From Geosiphon pyriformis uo1 (Eukaryota; Fungi; Glomeromycota): DNA of 64,000 nucleotides. The translations under genes were made by a program, and so were the position numbers. The notes beneath the pieces are model-generated. The model saw only the letters and a list, made by a program, of their open reading frames with translations, did not search any database and was not told where the DNA came from. Below, piece after piece: positions 12,371 through 24,364 of the stretch. The DNA lies in NCBI GenBank assembly GCA_016748015.1, contig JAAOMT010000697.1:62001-126000 (forward strand). The letters run 5' to 3'. Position 1 is the first letter of the stretch; every line of letters begins with the position of its first letter.

Positions 12371-13030
12371 ATGATAGATGTGACAGAAAATATCAGAAAA
12401 ATGGAAGTTACAGACAACATTCACTCACTAGCACAACAACTCTTTCAATTAATCCAACACCAGGAAATGGAGATTACAATCAATCAACAAACCATTCAAT
12501 ATCAAGATACTAGAAAGATATTTCAACTCAGAACATGAAAGAAAACTGAAAATACTGTGGACAAAATCATGGCAAAAGTAAAATTAGCAATAAAAGAATT
12601 GACAAAAGAGTCACTATATCAAGAGTTGACTAAAGAAACTTGGAATTGGTGGATACAACAATTTCCATAAAACTATTGTTATTTTTACTTGAGACAACAC
12701 GTAAATATTCAGAATCTATATATGGATAAAACAAAGCGATTATTCGACCAAAGAATACTACAACAATTAGAACATTTTGTGGGAAAGAACAACTTATCCA
12801 CACAAGCCTAAGCCATATACCGAATACACACAGTCTTTCAAGATAAACCAAAAATATTGCTCAACAGAGCAATGGATCTGGTTACCAGTAATCAATTGGA
12901 AAAAATTACCAATGCTCAATTTGAAGAATTACAGACCCAAATAACACAAGTAATTCTCGAAAATGAAATCCAGAAAATAATTCAAGAGAGGGAATTACAT
13001 GATTTAGATTTAGACAGAGCTCAATATTAA
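12371..13030 (+). pseudogene. ORF3 of unknown function (~219 aa; 3 stops that revert to CGA/CAA)
   Basis: Single frame MIDVTENIRKMEVTDNIHSLAQQLFQLIQ...DLDRAQY*; homologous to 37887-38621 of family B. Confidence 0.82.
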
Positions 13031-13040
13031 AAGGAGGGAA
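13029..13040 (+). promoter_or_regulatory. Polypurine tract
   Basis: aaaaggagggaa, 3 nt before the 3' LTR. Confidence 0.88.
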
Positions 13041-13043
13041 TAA

Positions 13044-13946
13044 TGTTATTCATAGAAATATAAGAAATATATTAGCATAATTATTAGCCAATCAGAAGGA
13101 AATGTAGTAAATGTGGAATTCCAGGATTCTTCTTAAGAATTGCAGGATTCCAGGAATTTCAGGATTCCCAACAAAGAATTGCAGGATTCCAGAATTCCAG
13201 GATTCTTCTCAAAGGAATCACAGGATTCCAGGAATTTCAGGATTCTTGTCATGAAGAATTGAGGAATTAAGGAATCTCAATTATGTATATATAGCAGTAG
13301 TGTTAGAAACAGAAAAGACAGAATTAATACCACAGAATCCTTAACCTAGAAACACAATCATCAAATAAATAATTATTTCATATCTCAAATCCACTCCCCA
13401 CTATTAATCTTTCATGTTGATAGTAATTGATACTTAACCATGCTAGAACAATAGCTTTTGATCATGGCTATTGATGGGATACTAATCTGCAAATCGCCTT
13501 GGCTTATTTCTTTGCTTTCTTTATTTTTTTTTATTTCTTTTTCTTTATTTTATTTTGATTTGTTGTTATATATACTAATTGATAAAAAATTAAGTGCTGA
13601 GTTATTGACGTCAAGGATAGCCTAGTAAAAGACCCAGAAATACAGATAGGATTTTATATATTATCAGATAGCTTACCAGAAGAGCACGACTGTCAGACTA
13701 AATCTGGCCACCACACTGAGAAAGAAATTAGGAAAACTCTTGGAAAATATCTCTACTATCGATACTATTGAATCTCTGTTCATTATACAAAGGACTCAAC
13801 CAAAACCTTCAGATCAACCAAAACCTTCAGATCCATTAAAACCTTTAGATACAGCACCTTCAGAACAGTCTCAACAGAAGTAGCTTTTGAGCACCAAGTT
13901 ACGGGTTTGTTATTTAATTCAACAGCAGAAATAATTACTTGTAACA
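13044..13946 (+). repeat. 3' LTR of copy A
   Basis: tgttattcatag...tgtaaca; direct repeat of 3278-4643. Confidence 0.96.
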
Positions 13947-15063
13947 ACGTCATTCAGCCATACTTGCATGTCATCTTCTTTGCCGGTAAAGTTGTCAAGT
14001 TTTGCGATTGGTGCATAGGCCATTGGGTCTAAGTTGGGTTGTTGTGGTGGCTGTTAAAACAGTTGTTGTTATACTGGTTGTTGGGGTGATAGTTGAAATG
14101 GCTGCTGTATGAGTTCGGCTATTGGATTAATTGGTAGTTGATCGATGACGATTACTGAAGGTAAGTTTTGCTGATTAATTAATTCAGGGTTTGAATTGTT
14201 CTGCCTTTGATGATTCGGAGTTTCGATTTCTGAATTTTTTAAATTTAGATTTTGCTGAGTTTGAATGTTTGGAGTTCCAAATTCTGGGTTTTCAAGGATC
14301 GGATTTTGGTAAGTAAATTCTTGATCTTCTGATTCTTCTTCTTCTTCTTCTTCAGATAGTTCCCATGGAGTAGTGGTTCCAAAGTCCGATTGAGGTGGTG
14401 GTGATCAAATTTCTGATGGTGTGGGTGATTGTGAGTTAAATCCTTCAAAGTATTTGCCGTATGGTCCTAGTAAGTCTGTTTTCCCTTGTTTACTTTGAAA
14501 TGGAAATCTTCCAAATGCTGATGTCACATTTGATGTGGACGCGTCTGTAAATGTAATATTAATGGCACTTTCAGGTGTATAGTGGTATGATGGATTAGTT
14601 GGGAATTCAATTCTTGTTTTTTTCCAAGTGGGTGGTTGTATTTTTTTAAGTATTACTGCTGGTGTTTGTAGTTTTCCTTTGCCTTTACTAGTGTATGTAA
14701 TTGGATATCTTTGTTGAGTGTGATGTTCAATTTCTTTGTTGATCTCAGTAATGATAGATGCGAAATTATGATTTGTTGGTAGGTTGGTGTTTTGAATTAA
14801 TTCTCTATAGAAAGTTTCTCTTGCTGATTTTGTATTCACTGGTGTTCCTAACAAAGAGAAAATCTTTTTGTTGACATAGAAATTGAAGACTGATTTGGCA
14901 GATATATGATTGTAGTTTAATCCCAAGTATTGACAATAGTGTTGAAATAAGGATTTTGCAAATCCTAAATGATTTGCTCCTATATTTTCTGATTCTGTCA
15001 CTTTGGGATGGTGTTTGTTGGTGCTGGTTCTCTGTAAGATTATACCTCACAGAGAGCACCAAA

Positions 15064-15912
15064 TATTACAGGTGACAAGTTCTGGTGTTGGATTAAATAA
15101 CAATCTGTAATTTGGTGCTCAAAAAGCTATTTCTGTTGATGATGTTCTGAAAGTGTTGTATCTGAAGGTTTTGATGGAGTTCTTTGTATAATAGACAGAA
15201 ATTCAATAGTTGTTTTATCTGTAGCTTCCCAGACTTGCAAGTCTGTCAATTTTTTTCTTGGCTTGGTGGCCGGCATTCTCTGGTAAGTAATCCATATCTT
15301 CTGTACATGTCCTACCCACTTGCAGGGGTTTTTTACCAGGCAATCCTTGACGTCAGTAATCAGTGCTTTTAATCAATTGGTTAGTGCACAATAACAAAAT
15401 CACAGAAAAATAAAGAAAAATAAAGAAATCTAAAGAAATAAGCCAAGGCAATTTGTAGATTAGTATTCTATCAATAGCCGTGATCAAGAGCTATTGTTCT
15501 AACGTAGTTAAGTATCAATTACTATCAACATGAAGTGTTGATAATGGAGAGTGGATTGAGATATGAAATAATTATTTATTTGATGATTGTGTTTTTAGAC
15601 TAAGGATTCTGTAGTATCAATTCTGTCTTTTCTGTTTCTAACACTACTGTTATATATACATATTTGAGATTCCTCAATTCCTTAATTCCTTGTGACAGAA
15701 ATTCTGGAATTCTTGGAATCCTACGATTCTTGATGAGAGGAATTCTGGAATTCTGGAATCCTGTGATTCCTCATCAGGGAATTCTGAAATTCCTGGAATC
15801 CTGCAATTCCTTTGAGAGGAATCCTGGAATTCCACATTTACTATGTCTACTTCTGATTGGCTAATATCTACTGACTAATAATACTATATTTTCTTATATT
15901 CTATGAGTAACA
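15064..15912 (-). repeat. 5' LTR of copy A'
   Basis: Begins tgttactcatag (minus) at 15912; same ggaattcc array and R/U5 core; followed by the PBS. Confidence 0.93.
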
Positions 15913-18900
15913 ACATATACACTTTTTACTAAACTAAAAAAATTTATTAGTAAAGAAAACAATATCTAAGCATAACTAAATAATGTGAAAAAAGTCATTG
16001 CAGCCAATAAATAGAATGATGCCAAAACACTTCAAGTCATTTTATACTTTTTCTAAAACACTGCCAATTTATGGTACTAGAATATGTTAACAAACTTAAA
16101 GATTTTAATATGTTCAAAACCACATTTCTATAGTATTTTAATAATAATAATAATATTAATTGCTTATTAACTAGTTTTATCACAATTAAACAAAGTAATA
16201 CTGAAGCAGTTACTACTTATTTAAGATGCTTCTACAAGAATTTGTGTCAAATCCAAGCAATCAATGCTAAATACTTTATAGTATCACAAATTTTAAATCA
16301 ATTTATTTATAGATTATACAGCAATTTGTTACAAAAAGTATGTTTAATGTACCCAAATACTTTCCAAAATACAGTTATATATGCCAAAAATTTTGAATTG
16401 GCTGAACTTAAAGCCAATTATGTCCAAGCCATAAATTTAATAATAAATAGATTATCTAAATTGAATACCAAATTAAAACAATTTGGTAAAGTCATCAATC
16501 AGAAAATCAAAAAATATTTAGCTAACAATCAAGTAATATATTAATCTTCTCAATATTATAATAATTTAGAAAACTCTAATTATTTCCAAAATCAATTGTG
16601 CCTATTATTATTATCAAACAATTAACTATGACAACAAAAAACACATAATTATTACTATTGTGGTAAATAAAACTATCTAAAAACATATTGCCACTTCAGA
16701 TTTAATAACTAACAATTGGGAAATCAATATCAAAACTTTAATTATAGGTTTCAAATTCAGAACTACACCAATAATTTGTCATTAAGATTATATTTATATT
16801 AGTCATATTATTTCTAAATAATACAATAACTTATATATACCTTTAGTTTATTAGATTTTAGCACTAATAATCTATCAATCACAGTTATAAATAATTTATT
16901 AAATCTTACTTATTTAAACATTACCACAAAACTTAGCTTAAATATTAACCAGAAACCAAAAACCAAAAATTATATACACTTAACAGAACTGAAGATCAAT
17001 AATAGTTATATATCAACCAATCTCTAGTTCTTTAAATCAAACATTAAAATTACATTTAAGAATTTGAAAAGTGAGTATACCTAAAACCTAAATTTCCAAA
17101 ACTATTTAAGTCTCTTGGTTATCTCAAAAAATGTCCAATTTAACAACTCAAAACAACCAAAACAACCACTCTTCAATAACATTTCACCAGCAATAGTTAC
17201 TAAAAACAAGTTATTTGCAACCATCTTTTTTTTTCAAATTAGAAGGATTTTTAACAATGTTTCTTTTTAGTAAAGCCACTTTTGACACCAAACTAATTAT
17301 TATTATATATACTGATATTAAAGTTAATAGTCAATCTATTAAGTTAATTCTTAATAGTAGGTTAGTAAGCAGTATTATTACATAATAACTTATAAACCAA
17401 TTAAGTTATTAAGTTAATTAAGTTGCCAACACTAGAATTATCATAGCTAATAAAGCAACAAAGACTTTTATTAGTAAAATTAACAACTTTTTATTCGAAA
17501 TCAATAGCATTATAGCATTAATTAAAGTTTTAATTATAGAAACCACACAATACCAAGCTCTTATTGATAATGACTGGCTGTCTAAGACCAATACTGTATT
17601 TGACTGGATTACATAAAAGCTATAGCTTAGTTAAAATAATCAGCATACTTAGATACCAGCTATCTATAATTACTTTAAAGCAATCTAATCACAACTATTG
17701 ATAAAATTTGAGGAAAAAAAAGAAAAACCTATATGAAAAACTTATTAAATCTTATAGGTTAAAGACAATTACAATAAGCTATCATTAATACTTTTTTGAA
17801 ATAACAAGAAAAAAAATAAATAAATAAATAAATTACAAGCCATTACTTCTACAAAAGAAACAAATAACAGTTGGTACATTCTATATTCATTAAAACTAAA
17901 AAAAAACCACTCTACTACCAAAATTTAGCATTCACTTAAGAAAAACAAAAACAGTATTTAGAATAATTAAATGCTAAACTTTGTAAATATTGCTTAATTC
18001 CTAGTAACTTCTAATATTGTAATAATTATAACTTCATTTACAATCTGCTACTACACATAATCTATTCAATTTCTGAAAAAAAAATCCAATTAGTAAATGT
18101 GCATCAGAATTAGAATCGAAATTTAATTGTAATTTAGACTCTGACAATAATGACAATAATAGTTCCAATACTATTTACTATGGCAATAATAATAATAACA
18201 ATTCAAACTCTAATTACTATCTTGAACAATATATCATGTTTTCAGATTTTTCAAAAAAACAGGAACTTAAATAGTTCAATAATAATAATAAAAGTATTAT
18301 GCCAAAACATATACATAATACTAATGCAAAGTTTGATTTTAAATATCTCAGAAAAACTGCCATTAGATTAGAACTTTACTTACATACCAATATAGATTTA
18401 AGAAAACTAGAAAATTTAAGAAATTTCAATAGAGCTCAATATTAAAAGAAAAAAATATTATTACTTATAGAAATTAGGAATTATAATAGTAGGTAAAATA
18501 ACCAATCAAAAATAAACATAGTAAAAGAAAAAATTACACAATTACAAAATTGCAGAATTTCTTTTAAGTAATTACAAAATTGCAGAATTCCAGAATTTTT
18601 TTTAAAAAAATTGAAAGATTTCAAAAAATTTCATATAATATAAATTATATATATATAATAAGAGTATTAAAAACAGAAAAAGTATTCAAGACTTAAACAA
18701 AACAGTAGCTAACAATAATTACTTATCTTATACTCTTTTTTTCAAAAGATATTTTTCTATAACTTGAAATGAAATTATATTAATATTAATAAAATTATTT
18801 ATTATCATTTAATTTATGTTATTATTATTTGATTAAAGAAATATTAATCTATTTCATACTATTAACATTTTATGTTAATAGAATTCAATATTTAATTACA

Positions 18901-19312
18901 CTAAACCAATAGCTTTTGATCATGACTATTAACAGAATACTAATTTTTTATTTTCTTTTTTTATTTTTTTTTATTTTCTTTTGTTTTATTTCTTTGTTGC
19001 TTACTAATTAATTAAAGAAATTAAGCATTAAGTATTTGATATCAAATATAGTCTAATAAAAAATTCAAGAACAAAAATAAAAATTTAAGGATAGCTTATC
19101 AAAAGAGCACAACTGCTAAAATAAATTAATTATTATACTGAAAAAAAAATTCACAGAAAAAACTATTAATTGAATCTTTGTTTATTATACAAAAAACTTA
19201 ACCAAAATCTTTAAACTCCAAAATCTTTAGAAATTACCAATATTTTCAGCTATTAAACACCAAGTTACAGATTTGTTATTTGTTTCAACATTCCAAATAA
19301 TTATCTGTAATA
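15913..19312 (+). mobile_element. Older, heavily mutated family-A-like Gypsy copy C: gag-PR-start of dUTPase joined to the ORF3 end, PPT and 3' LTR (18459-19312); RT/RH/IN deleted
   Basis: Degenerate gag (ORF 16242-16544 parallels 6023-6403), protease near 17350, dUTPase start near 18300, then agagctcaatattaaaagaaaaaaa followed by the LTR. Confidence 0.85.
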
Positions 19313-22300
19313 ATGTTAATTTTGAAAATACTTTTTAACTTATAATAATTCCTAAAAATTAAATTAATTATTTTCAAAAAAACTACAGTTTTAATAATAA
19401 ATTTATAAGATTTTTTTTATATAGAAAAAACACAAAAATTATTTTAGAATTTACTTACTAAAACTTTTAAAACAAATTTTAAAAAACACAATATTTATTT
19501 TTATTAATATTTTATCAAATATTATAATTTAACAAAAACTTCAAACAATATTTTAATAAACAAAACAATAAATTTATTTTTATTTATATATATTTTTATA
19601 TTAAAAAATTACTTTACAAAAAAAAACTTGAATTAATAAATTTTACTTTTAAAGTTATATAAAATCAGATTTAAAATAAATTTAAGACAATAACTAAATC
19701 AATAAACATTTATTACAAGATTAAAATAGCTTTTAAACTTTATTATTTATTTAATATTTGTAAAAATATTTTATAAAATTTAATATATTAAAAAACTTAC
19801 AAAATTAAAATTTCAAACCAAATTACTTTAATAATTTTAGATACTATTTAGAAATTATAAACAGTATTTGAACTTTAATAAAATTTAATTTTAAAAAAAA
19901 ATTATATTATTAAACAAAAATTAAATTATTAGTTAACATAAAATTACTCTTATAATTTTTATTATAATTTATTACTTATTATTTTTGTTAAATAATTAAA
20001 TATAAAAGACTTCTTTTTCTTCTGTTTTAAATTTTTTAAAGAATATATTTTTTTGAAAAAGAAATTTTCTTATTTTTTCTTGTTGTTTTTTTTTAACATT
20101 TTTTATTTTAATAATCTTTTTATTATAAACTTAAAAGCAAAAAAAAATTTAAAACTTTTCTTCTACATTCAAAATTTTTTAAAGAGTATTTTTTGAAAAA
20201 AAAGTTTTTTATTTTTTCTGTTGTTTTTTTTTCAATATTTTACAAACTAATAACTTATTCATTGTGGATTTGAAGGCTGTTTCAAGCAGTGACATAATTA
20301 AAAAAAAGACACTTAAGAAAGCTTTTTATGATCCTGCTAGTGTTTCTTTTTTTCAGAAAAAGAAAATTGTATTAGAAAATATTAAGCACTTGGGTAATAA
20401 AAAAAATGTTTCTCTGGTAAAATCTAATTTTAGTAGTAGTGTTTATTCAAACATAGCAATGAGTTTAATGAGAATGAAAATAGTGGTTTTATGGCTGATA
20501 TATATGATAGGTTTCCTCTGGATTTAGCTACTATTACTCTTAAAGCAAAAAGAATAAATACTGACATAGTTTGTAGTTTTTTTTTTGGTTCTCTGGATTT
20601 TGAAATATATGATGAAATTAAATCTTTTTCATCTTCTCTTGATATCTTCTTAGACAAAAGATAAGTTAACTTCAAAATAGTAAAGACTTAGATAGAAGTA
20701 TTAATCAAAAAATCTTTTGCTTTAGACATTAATCTTTCAGTAGTTGAAAGCAAATTGATTATAGCAAAGACTCAGATAATCAAAAAGATTTTTTTAGTAA
20801 TCAATAATTTTGGAAAGGGGCCACTACTCACTTAAAATTTGAAAAGATTATTAGATTAACATTTACATTAGAGAAAAATATGAAAAAAACCACTTTATTG
20901 ATAAAAAAAAAAGACATCATTGTAAATACTAATTTCAAAAAACAAGAAATATGTTTAAATTAGGTTGTGGTCATTAAAGAAATTTCCATGAATTTGTTAA
21001 AAAAAATAATTATTGTTACAGTTGCTAAATATGATCAGATTACATCTATTAAAATACAATTCATTAGATTATAGCAGAAAGCTATAGTAGAATTTACTAA
21101 ATTAGGACAGACTAATTATTTGATTTTTAAGTAGTCATTTTTTATTAAGAAAGACTTAATACATGTAGCAAAAACTGTAGAAAATTGGGATACTTAAATG
21201 TTTAAAAATCAATTCAGGACACTTTTGTTTATATTGCTAGTAGAAATAACTACTTATAATTTTGGTGCTCTATTAAAGAGGACTAATAAGAAAACTTGTA
21301 TCATTAATTATTTATTTAATATTGGCAATAAGATTTGTTGTGTTATAGTTGGCTTTAAGTCAGAAAAAAAATTGAAATTAGCTTTTTACATAAAGCTTAT
21401 TCTAAATAGTATTAAGCTTTCTTGGACTAGATTAGAACTGGTTTGTTGTAAAAAATATGGGTGCTTTGAACATTTTGCTTTGGAGTGTAATGTACCAATT
21501 GCATTTATTTTTAAGCCTTCAAAATTATTTAAAAGAGTCATTTCAGATGTAGATTGTCTTTAATTGACAAAATTGTACACAAAAAAAAATGTCTTTATTT
21601 CCTATTCTACTGTTTTTGGTGGCAATTTATGAGCTTAAGTTGTGTTATTGGCTTTAGTTCACAATAATGCTCTCTCTGATTCTGGTTTTTCTACTTTTGG
21701 TGTTTTAAGTGCTGTAAAAATTCTTTTTTTTTATATTGTGTTTTGTTAATTGAAGCTCACTTGGCTTTTTTGAAATGCTTATTAGAATTATTGACTGATT
21801 AGATTTCTGATGTTTTATGCAAGATAAAAAATTTGAAACTAATCTTTTTGGTATTTGTTTCTTGGTTTTTTGCTTCAGTTTCCTCTTTAGTTTTGGGTTT
21901 TGGTTTGGATTTGAATATAGTATTAAACTGTTCAAATATTTTGCTTCTATCTTCTTTTATGATCATTGCTAAAGCTTTAGTTTTGGATCCAAGTAGTTTA
22001 AAAGTTTTGACCACTAAGATGGACAGTCTGAAATCAAAATTGATTGCTTTTAAGACTTTTATTGATTTAGTTCTGGTAAAGTTAGATCAGTTGTGTGTTG
22101 GCTTAGTTTCTTCTATAAATTTTTCCTCTCAATAAGTAAGTTGATCTAGAAAATAGCTATGTATAATATTAAAAAAATAAACAATATAGCTAAATAGGAA
22201 GACATAATTAAATAACACAATAAATTTGGCAATTGGATTTCTATTATTACTAAAACAAAGCTAAAAAGACAGATTAAATCTTGAGTTAAGAAGAGATTTC

Positions 22301-23628
22301 AAGATATAAAAGTTTTTCTGGTTTAGACACTAGTTATGTAAGTATTAGAATAGTAATAATAATAAACAATATTCTGGTTTAACATATGCACAAAATTTCT
22401 AAAATCTTTGGTTATTTTATTTTAGTTTGTTTGTTTTTTGGCAACAAAATTTCAGTGTTAATTTTGGGATTATATGCTGATATTTTAGCTAAAATACAAT
22501 TTGATTAAGCTTGTAAGATGAATTTTTTTATTTTAGAGGCAATTAATTCTAGTTCTTATGTTGTGTTAGATAGTAATTTTAATAAAAATAGAAAAAAGTA
22601 AAATGCAAGTTTCAAAAAATGTTTTGATCTGAACTTATGCAACTTTTTTTCATGTAAGTTAGTTGTTAAGCTTTCTATATAGTGCAATTTAAGAAGTATA
22701 GAAAAGACTATTGATTATATTTTAGTTAGTAAACATCTTTCATTAATTATAATGACTTAAAGTGTTGATAATATGTTTGATTTTTTTTGATACTAATCAC
22801 ATAGCTGTCATAGTTTTTTTGGTTTTAAAAATCTTTTAGATAAATGTCTAAACATGATTCAAAAGCAAACTAATAAAAACCAATGAAAGTTTAAAATTAA
22901 AAATGCAGATAAGACTAAATAGACCTGTTTTAAAAATTGTGTTTTTAATAAGCTGCTAAAAGTTACGAGTAAATTCACATGTGCTAAAAGTTTTAGCAAC
23001 TTAGATCCTATGTAGAAGAAGTTAAAAAAGGTAATGATAAGTTTAGCTAACACTACTTTCTCCAAGTTTTGGTTCAAAAAATTCAGACATTTTGTAAACA
23101 AAAAATTATTAAAGTTTCACAAACTGGAATTGCTGATTGCAAAGATTGTAGAAAAATTAAGCATAGATAATAGGTCTGATTATAATTATCTTTTTAAAAA
23201 GTGGCTAATACTAAATAATATAAAGGCTTCCAAAATAGACACTATAGTTTAAAATAATACAAATATAGATAATGTATTGAAACAGTTGTTATTAATCAAA
23301 AAAGAATACAAAAAGTCAAAATATTGTGAATTAAATGTGACTGAAAATGTGGTTATTAAAAAAGCAATTAAAAAGCAAATGAATAATTTTAGTTCTAACA
23401 AGAGCAATATAATAAAGAGTGTGCTAAAAAACTTTTTCATAAAATGGTCCTAAATTATTTGTTTATTGAAAAGAAATTGGTTTTGAAGCTAGATAATATA
23501 ATATATAAAGTTAATGAAATTATAATAGATTGGACAAGGAAACAAAAAATATTGCTGATGCTGTCTATTATATTGTCTTGCCAATATGAGCCATTAAGTT
23601 ATGTTAAAAAAAACACTTTTTTTAATAT

Positions 23629-24364
23629 TGTTATGGTTAAAACTCATACTTTTTATTAGTTATTACATATAATTAGCCACACTATTTTTAGATAGTAATT
23701 ATTGATCTGATTAATAACCTGACCATTAACCTGATTATTGACTTAATTATTGATTTGATCAATGACTTAATCATTAACTTAATTATTGACCTGATTATTG
23801 ACCTAATTATTGACCACTTTTGATAGCTATATAAGCAATAAATCTTTTAGCTGTAAAAAAACATGTCAGAAAATAAGGCATGTTAGAAATTAAGGAAATA
23901 AAATAAATAAAATAACGACTTTTATCTCAATTCTTCTCTTATCACTAATTTTTTTTTCCCTATCTTTAAATATCCAAACATTTTGGAATAAAAGATTACT
24001 TGTTGGTTATTTTCTATCTTTTTCTGAAACATGTAATTGTAGCATTTGAAGATTATTGAATAAAACATGATTGAAGAATACATCTAATATCTGATATTAA
24101 ATTCTAAGAGTGCCAACATGAAGCATAAAATTATACCAGTGTGTGATTATTTGTTGACAGTATAAACTATTCTTTTATCTTCAGATTCTCTGATTATTTT
24201 TTGAAAAGAATAGTGACTGAAATATTTTATAAGACTAATTTCGCACATTGAATCTATACTCATTTAATTTGCTCTTTAAAGTTGAATTCCCTTTGATTCC
24301 TTTTATCACCCTACAATTCTGTTTTCCTTTGCTATCTATTAGCTTGTTATTCCAATTTGTAACA
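23629..24364. mobile_element. Solo LTR, unrelated family (736 bp)
   Basis: tgttat...gtaaca ends; TSD atat/acat; attgacctgatt-like array at 23695-23815; LINE ORF2 resumes after it. Confidence 0.82.

Larger units (their letters stand above)
3278..13946 (+). mobile_element. Full-length Ty3/Gypsy LTR retrotransposon, family A copy A (decayed)
   Basis: Two 903-bp LTRs with TGTTA...GTAACA ends, PBS, PPT, domain order gag-PR-dUTPase-RT-RH-IN, 4-bp TSD acat (3274-3277) / acgt (13947-13950). Confidence 0.97.
1..15912 (-). mobile_element. Ty3/Gypsy LTR retrotransposon, family A copy A' (5' LTR, gag, protease, Cys-rich domain, dUTPase; continues off the window start), split by copy A
   Basis: 5' LTR at 15064-15912 and PBS at 15045-15061. 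Gag reads ...MAYAPIAKLDNFTGKEDDMQVWLND at 13947 and resumes VEKAITVNRWND at 3277. Zn knuckle CHNCGKQGHIRVNC near 2570-2606; dUTPase-like residues at 1-340. Many stops and frameshifts. Confidence 0.93.

Noticed and set aside
12371-13030. ORF3 as a retroviral envelope
   Set aside because: Too short, with no signal peptide, furin site or transmembrane helix visible.
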